NCBI GenBank assembly: GCA_016190815.1
Contig: JACPPT010000017.1
Span: 1 to 40,844 of the forward strand
Length of the DNA stretch: 40,844 nt
Origin: Chloroflexota bacterium
Lineage (GTDB): Bacteria; Chloroflexota; Dehalococcoidia; JACPPT01
Direction: 5' to 3'
Shown here one piece after another: positions 35,977-40,844 of the stretch (position 1 is its first letter; each line of letters starts with the position of its first letter). The notes under the pieces are model-generated. The model was not told where the DNA came from. It saw nothing but the letters and a program-made list of their open reading frames with translations, and did not search any database. Both the position numbers and the translations under genes were made by a program.

Positions 35977-37443
35977 ATGGCGTTCAAGAGATTACCAGCG
36001 CTATGTACGATAAAGTGCCCCGCGGGAATAGACGTCCCGCGTTACATAGGCTTTATACAGCAAGGCAAGTACTCCGAGGCCGTGGCTGTGATTCGAGAGC
36101 GTATACCGCTTCCTTCGATATGCGGCTATGTATGCTACCGTACCTGTGAGCCCTGGTGTCGGCGAGGCAAGCTGGACGAGCCTGTGGCCATTAATGCCCT
36201 CAAGCGCTTTGCCACAGAGCACGGTAAAGAAACATGGCGCGAAAAGTCGAAGATAGTGCCGCCCACGGGAAAGAAAGTCGCTGTAATCGGGTCAGGGCCG
36301 GCCGGGCTTACGGCAGCCTACTATTTGAGGAAGCTCTGCGGCCACGCAGTTACTGTCTTCGAAGCCCAGGACAAGCCCGGCGGACAGCTTAGAATAGGCA
36401 TCCCATCTTACAGGCTGCCCCGCCGTGTCTTGGAGGGGGAGCTGGACGTAATAAAAGAGACGGGCGTGGAGATAGCGTGCGATAAGAGGATCGCATCCCT
36501 GGACGAGCTTCTTAGGGAAGGCTACGACGCCATTTTCATTGCAGCCGGAACCACAAAGCCTCAGAGGATGAGGATAGAAGGGGAGAACGACCCAGCAGTT
36601 ATAGAGTGCGTCAACTTCCTGAGAGATGTGAATTTCGGCAAGGCACAGAACATAGGCGAGAAGGTAGCAATCATAGGATGCGGAAACGTGGCAATGGACG
36701 GGAGTCGAACAGCCCTCAGGGTAGGTGCCCATGATGTAACCATCGTTTACAGGCGAACCCGAAACGAGATGCCCGCCCATGAATTCGAGTTGGAGGAGGC
36801 ATTGGCAGAAGGGGTAAAGACCATGTTCCTGACTCTGCCCACAAGGATCCAGAGGAAAGACGGCCACCTGCAGATGGAGTGTGTGAAGATGAGGCTGGGA
36901 GAGCCGGATTCCAGCGGCAGGCCCAGGCCTGAGCCTATCCCAGGAAGCGAGTTCGCCCTGGATGTGGATACAGTCCTTCTTGCCATAGGGCAGGTGCCTG
37001 ACGTACCGCCTCAATGGGGGCTGGAGCTTAACCCTAACGGCACCATAAAGGTGGACCCCAAGACCATGTTGGCCAGCAAAGAGCGCATATTCGCTGGTGG
37101 GGACATCGTTACAGGGCCCGTCAGCGTTATCCAGGCTATCGCAGGGGGGAGAGCTGCCGCAGTAGCTGTAGACAAGTACCTGGGCGGAGATGGCAACATT
37201 GATGAAGTCCTGGCGCCCCCGATGGAGGAAATAACGGATTTGCCCTACATCGACGGCGAGGGCCGGAGAGCTCATATGCCGGAGAGGTCCGTTTCAGAGA
37301 GGCTCAAGGGATTCGATATCGTTGAACTGGGGTTGACGAAGGACATGGCTATTGCTGAGGCCAATCGCTGCCTCCGCTGCGACCTCTGGAGGCTCAAAGT
37401 CCCCTTGGTCTGGAAGGAAAAGAAGAAAGGCGAAGAGGAGTAG
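35977..37443 (+). CDS. GltD/SfrB/NfnL-like FAD-dependent NAD(P)H oxidoreductase
   Basis: C...CPAGIDVP, CGYVC...CE..CRR, GSGPAGL, GIP.YRLP, G.GNVAMD..R, YRRTR, AGGD...GP, RCLRCD. Confidence 0.92.
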   Translation: MAFKRLPALCTIKCPAGIDVPRYIGFIQQGKYSEAVAVIRERIPLPSICGYVCYRTCEPWCRRGKLDEPVAINALKRFATEHGKETWREKSKIVPPTGKKVAVIGSGPAGLTAAYYLRKLCGHAVTVFEAQDKPGGQLRIGIPSYRLPRRVLEGELDVIKETGVEIACDKRIASLDELLREGYDAIFIAAGTTKPQRMRIEGENDPAVIECVNFLRDVNFGKAQNIGEKVAIIGCGNVAMDGSRTALRVGAHDVTIVYRRTRNEMPAHEFELEEALAEGVKTMFLTLPTRIQRKDGHLQMECVKMRLGEPDSSGRPRPEPIPGSEFALDVDTVLLAIGQVPDVPPQWGLELNPNGTIKVDPKTMLASKERIFAGGDIVTGPVSVIQAIAGGRAAAVAVDKYLGGDGNIDEVLAPPMEEITDLPYIDGEGRRAHMPERSVSERLKGFDIVELGLTKDMAIAEANRCLRCDLWRLKVPLVWKEKKKGEEE

Positions 37444-37453
37444 GAATGAGATC

Positions 37454-37486
37454 AAAAGCCCCACGATTTTATCGTGGGGCTTTTTT
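37454..37486. terminator. Bidirectional Rho-independent terminator
   Basis: AAAAGCCCCACGAT-TTT-ATCGTGGGGCTTTTTT between convergent genes. Confidence 0.9.
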
Positions 37487-37519
37487 GTGCCATAGACCAC
37501 GCCCAGGATTGCAATCCTT

Positions 37520-37789
37520 TTATCTCCTCCTCGCTGGCTTTTCCATGGGTTCCTCGGAGATCGGGGTAACCGTTGAAGTGCAACGGGTGAAGCCTGGAGT
37601 CAAAAAATCCTGAACAGCTCCGATGGTGTCTGCCTCCAGAACATACCAGATGGTATGCTGGGGATAAGCACCAAATACAGCCCTCACCTTTACCCCTTTG
37701 GCTTTATCGTCCCTCAGAACCTTCGAGCCGCCGGCTTCCCCTATTGGGCACCTATCCGGCGTATGCACCTGTGTTACCATGAAAAGCAT
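37520..37789 (-). CDS. Small alpha/beta-barrel-type hypothetical protein (DUF3303/GYD-like)
   Basis: MLFMVTQVHTPDRCP...H..WYVLEAD...V.P pattern; AGGAG SD. Confidence 0.65.
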   Translation of the reverse strand: MLFMVTQVHTPDRCPIGEAGGSKVLRDDKAKGVKVRAVFGAYPQHTIWYVLEADTIGAVQDFLTPGFTRCTSTVTPISEEPMEKPARRR

Positions 37790-37828
37790 CTCTTTCTCCT
37801 TTCTGCCACGAACCTGATATACCTTAAC

Positions 37829-38539
37829 CTACCATGCCCTGCGGGCTATCCAGCCCCCTACTATCAGTGCCCAGAGGAGGGTTAGACCGGAAAGGACCAT
37901 AAAAAGGGTGTTGGTCACAAGGGTGCTGGGGCCTGTCAGGGCCTGGGGCAATCCCACGGCCACCACCGTCACGACCCCCAGAATGATACCTGCCCAGCCG
38001 AACCATCTAGGATAGACAGTGCTGAGAGCCATCCCGATCCCCAGGAAGAGGAGAGCTAGCCAGTACACGATGATGCTCATGCTGAAAAGGGTGAAGTCCA
38101 GCTTGTAAAGGGACGAAGCCACTAGAAAGAGCGTGGTCTTAGCAGGCTCTGAGCTTGTTGCCCAACTCTCCACTACCAGAGGCATACCAAGCCCGAAGAC
38201 GGCGAACAAAACGGTAAATAGGGTGGTCCCCACAGTAACCCCGTAGAAGCCGAGACGCGCCCATACCGCACCCATACCTGTGGATATAGAGCGATAAATG
38301 CCCACCACGCCAATCATCAGGGCCCAGATCCCGACAGCCAGGAGCAGGAAGTCTATCTGGACAAAGCCAACCCCAGCGTCTGCCATCCGCTGAAGCGACT
38401 CTCTGGCGTTGGCATAGGATGGGTCAGCCGCCCGGGGAAGGATGGCATTGAAAACCGCTGTCAAAATTGCCCCTACAATGAACGAAATGCCAGCCAATCT
38501 TTGGAGAACGTCGCCTTTGGAAATCGCTTGCTGCATCAT
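37829..38539 (-). CDS. DUF4386-like integral membrane protein
   Basis: 6-7 TM helices with the YPRWFGWAG motif; AAAGGAG SD. Confidence 0.7.
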   Translation of the reverse strand: MMQQAISKGDVLQRLAGISFIVGAILTAVFNAILPRAADPSYANARESLQRMADAGVGFVQIDFLLLAVGIWALMIGVVGIYRSISTGMGAVWARLGFYGVTVGTTLFTVLFAVFGLGMPLVVESWATSSEPAKTTLFLVASSLYKLDFTLFSMSIIVYWLALLFLGIGMALSTVYPRWFGWAGIILGVVTVVAVGLPQALTGPSTLVTNTLFMVLSGLTLLWALIVGGWIARRAW

Positions 38540-38747
38540 TTCTCCTTTCTTTTCCCAGGCATATATATTTTTGATAACGCAAAGAAATCCATGTACGTTT
38601 AATGATGAATTTTCTTAGTTACATATACTCACCTCCATTGTCATTATTCGTTGCAGATATAATGAAATAATGTGCATATTACCTTGTGCATCTGATACTG
38701 TCAATCCTAAACTCACTCGTAGAAAATTGAACACAATCTCCTTGGCT

Positions 38748-38840
38748 CCAAGAATAGCGATTAAATCTGTAGGTCGGGTTTCCTAACCCGACTGTCGCTG
38801 AGGCAGGTTGGGAAACCTGCCCTACGGAGGTCAATCGCTG
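38748..38840 (-). repeat. REP heterodoublet with conserved flanks, copy 2 (inverted relative to copy 1)
   Basis: REP-B 38769-38792 and REP-A 38802-38825; flanks match those of 22824-22921. Confidence 0.9.
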
Positions 38841-38900
38841 TTTTAGGGTTGGCAGAACCGCTAGCCATGCAGATGAGTCTGGGTTAAAATTAGCCTTAAA

Positions 38901-40844
38901 ATGAACAGACATAGTTCAGCCCCAGCCCCCATAAGACATCAGTACCTGAGAATAAAACAACACTACCCCGATGCCATCCTCTTATTCCGCCTGGGCGACT
39001 TCTACGAGACCTTCGAAGAGGATGCTAGAATTGCATCCCGGGAGTTGGGCATAACCCTCACCTCCAGAGAGATGGGCAAAGGACAGCATTTCCCCATGGC
39101 CGGCATCCCTCATCACGCCCTGGATAACTATCTGGGCAAGCTCATAGGCCGGGGATACAAGGTCGCCATATGTGAGCAGATAAGCGACCCAACAGCTTCA
39201 AGGGGGCTGGTGGACAGGGATGTAGTGCGGGTGGTCACCCCCGGCACTGTGGTGGAGCCTCAGCTTCTGGAGCAGAAGGCAAATAACTACCTTGCCGCCC
39301 TCGTCCTGGATGAAAAAGGGGCAGGGCTGGCATATGTTGACATAACAACCAGCGAGTTCTCCACCACTCAACTGGCCCAGGGCCAGGTCCAGGCGGAGAT
39401 GGAGCGCCTGCGCCCCTCGGAGGTTCTAGTGCCCAAAGACGTAAGGTTTCCAGAAACCTGGCTCACGGGTACTCGTACTTTCTTGGACAAAAGCTGGTTC
39501 GAACCGGAGTCCGCCCGCCAGCTCCTCCTGGAACATTTCGGGGCTAGTACTCTTGAGGGCTTCGGGTGTGAGGGACTCCCCCTGGCCACAGCAGCCGCGG
39601 GAGCCATAGTTCACTACCTCCAGGAGACTCAAAAGGGTGCTCTGGGCCAGCTCACCCGCCTTTCGACTTACTCAACGCAGGCATTCATGACCCTGGACCC
39701 CCAGACCCGCCGGAACCTGGAGCTTTTTCAAAGCAGCAGCCTTGTAAGTCCCGCCAACTCCCTTCTTTCCGTGCTGGACATCACTAGGACTCCCATGGGG
39801 GGCAGGCTTTTAAGAAAATGGCTGGGACAACCCCTTCTGGACTTGCAAGAACTTGGCAAAAGGCAAGAGGCTGTAGAGTGGTTCTATAAGAGAGCTATCC
39901 CCCGGACAGGTGTCCTCTCGGCCCTATCTCGCATTCCCGACCTGGAACGCCTCGTCAATCGAATAAAAGGCCGAATCGCAATCCACAAGGAAGTGCTGGC
40001 CCTCCGCCGCGGGTTGGAGATGCTCCCTGAACTTGAAGGGATGCTGAAAGAAAAAGGTGAGGCCGACAGCCCCGACATATCATGGCTCACCAGAGAGGTA
40101 AAACCCTGTAATGACATCGTGGCTCTCATCTCCAAGGCAATAGCAGACGAAGCACCTGCAAGCATCGGGGAGGGCGCGGTCATAAAAGCAGGATTCTCGG
40201 AGGAGCTAGACAGCCTCAAAGCCGCATCCAGGAACGCCGCCGAATACATAGCCGGACTGGAGCGAAAGGAGCGGGAAAGCACAGGCATCAAGTCCCTCAA
40301 GGTGGGCTACAACAAGGTCTTCGGCTACTACATCGAGGTTAGCAAGCCCAACCTTAGCCAGGTCCCCAAGGAATACATACGAAAGCAAACTCTGGTGAAC
40401 GGGGAACGTTTCTTCACCCCGGAGCTTAAAGAATACGAATCCCTCATCCTCAACGCCCGGGAGAGGATTGAGGAGCTGGAGACCGCCCTTTTCCGTCAAG
40501 TTTGCTTCCAGATAGAGACATCTGCTGAGCGCATCCTCACCACAGCCTCAGCACTGGCGCACATAGATGCATTCTCTGCCCTGGCAGAGGTTGCGTCCCG
40601 CCATAGCTATGTTCGCCCCACGCTGACACGGGACGACACCATTTCCATTATCGGGGGACGGCACCCGGTTGTCGAAAAAGCTCTACCTCAGGGGGAGTTC
40701 GCCCCCAACGACACACACCTTTCTAACAAGGACACGCAGATTGTGATCCTCACAGGCCCCAACATGTCCGGCAAGTCCACCTACCTGAGGCAGGTGGCCC
40801 TCATCGTGCTCATGGCCCAGATAGGGAGCTTTGTCCCAGCCGAA
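38901..40844 (+). CDS. mutS: DNA mismatch repair protein MutS (partial, runs off the window end)
   Basis: Own translation: QYLRIKQHYPDAILLFRLGDFYETF, PMAGIP, VVTPGT, TPMGGR, ILTGPNMSGKSTYLRQ. Missing from the ORF track because there is no stop in the window. Confidence 0.97.
   Translation, partial: MNRHSSAPAPIRHQYLRIKQHYPDAILLFRLGDFYETFEEDARIASRELGITLTSREMGKGQHFPMAGIPHHALDNYLGKLIGRGYKVAICEQISDPTASRGLVDRDVVRVVTPGTVVEPQLLEQKANNYLAALVLDEKGAGLAYVDITTSEFSTTQLAQGQVQAEMERLRPSEVLVPKDVRFPETWLTGTRTFLDKSWFEPESARQLLLEHFGASTLEGFGCEGLPLATAAAGAIVHYLQETQKGALGQLTRLSTYSTQAFMTLDPQTRRNLELFQSSSLVSPANSLLSVLDITRTPMGGRLLRKWLGQPLLDLQELGKRQEAVEWFYKRAIPRTGVLSALSRIPDLERLVNRIKGRIAIHKEVLALRRGLEMLPELEGMLKEKGEADSPDISWLTREVKPCNDIVALISKAIADEAPASIGEGAVIKAGFSEELDSLKAASRNAAEYIAGLERKERESTGIKSLKVGYNKVFGYYIEVSKPNLSQVPKEYIRKQTLVNGERFFTPELKEYESLILNARERIEELETALFRQVCFQIETSAERILTTASALAHIDAFSALAEVASRHSYVRPTLTRDDTISIIGGRHPVVEKALPQGEFAPNDTHLSNKDTQIVILTGPNMSGKSTYLRQVALIVLMAQIGSFVPAE

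Noticed and set aside
36292-37275. 327-aa - strand ORF
   Set aside because: Antisense shadow of the GltD-like gene.
38540-38747. Riboswitch or ncRNA in the AT-rich leader of the DUF4386-like gene
   Set aside because: No conserved aptamer motif or stable structure is visible; it looks like promoter DNA.

Overview
Mostly core chromosome of an anaerobic Chloroflexota bacterium, probably Dehalococcoidia-like (inferred from the DUF2298/TIGR03663 glycosylation genes and the large Alu-type SRP RNA). Housekeeping genes include mobB, birA, nfeD/SPFH, lepA, galU, ffs, rsmA, ispE, ogg, cca, rnc, ftsY and a partial mutS. There is also a membrane glycosylation cluster and a NuoE/NuoF/FdhF-like/GltD-like oxidoreductase operon. 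The strongest candidate for an undescribed system is an AT-richer, self-promoted three-gene insert at about 16975-20417. It encodes a P-loop (ORC/Cdc6/STAND-like) NTPase, a tandem nucleoside-deoxyribosyltransferase/TIR-like protein and an internally duplicated CARF-like protein, which suggests a nucleotide-based anti-phage module. Other signals: (1) the 3' end of a REP-associated tyrosine transposase (RAYT) at the window start, with a family of GTAG-type REP heterodoublets whose conserved flanks extend beyond the hairpins; (2) a degenerate tRNA-Leu fragment in an accessory region (about 4.6-8.7 kb); (3) a PHD-like Cys/His finger microprotein; (4) probable non-AUG starts for rsmA and ftsY. All calls come from reading motifs by eye; no database searches were run.
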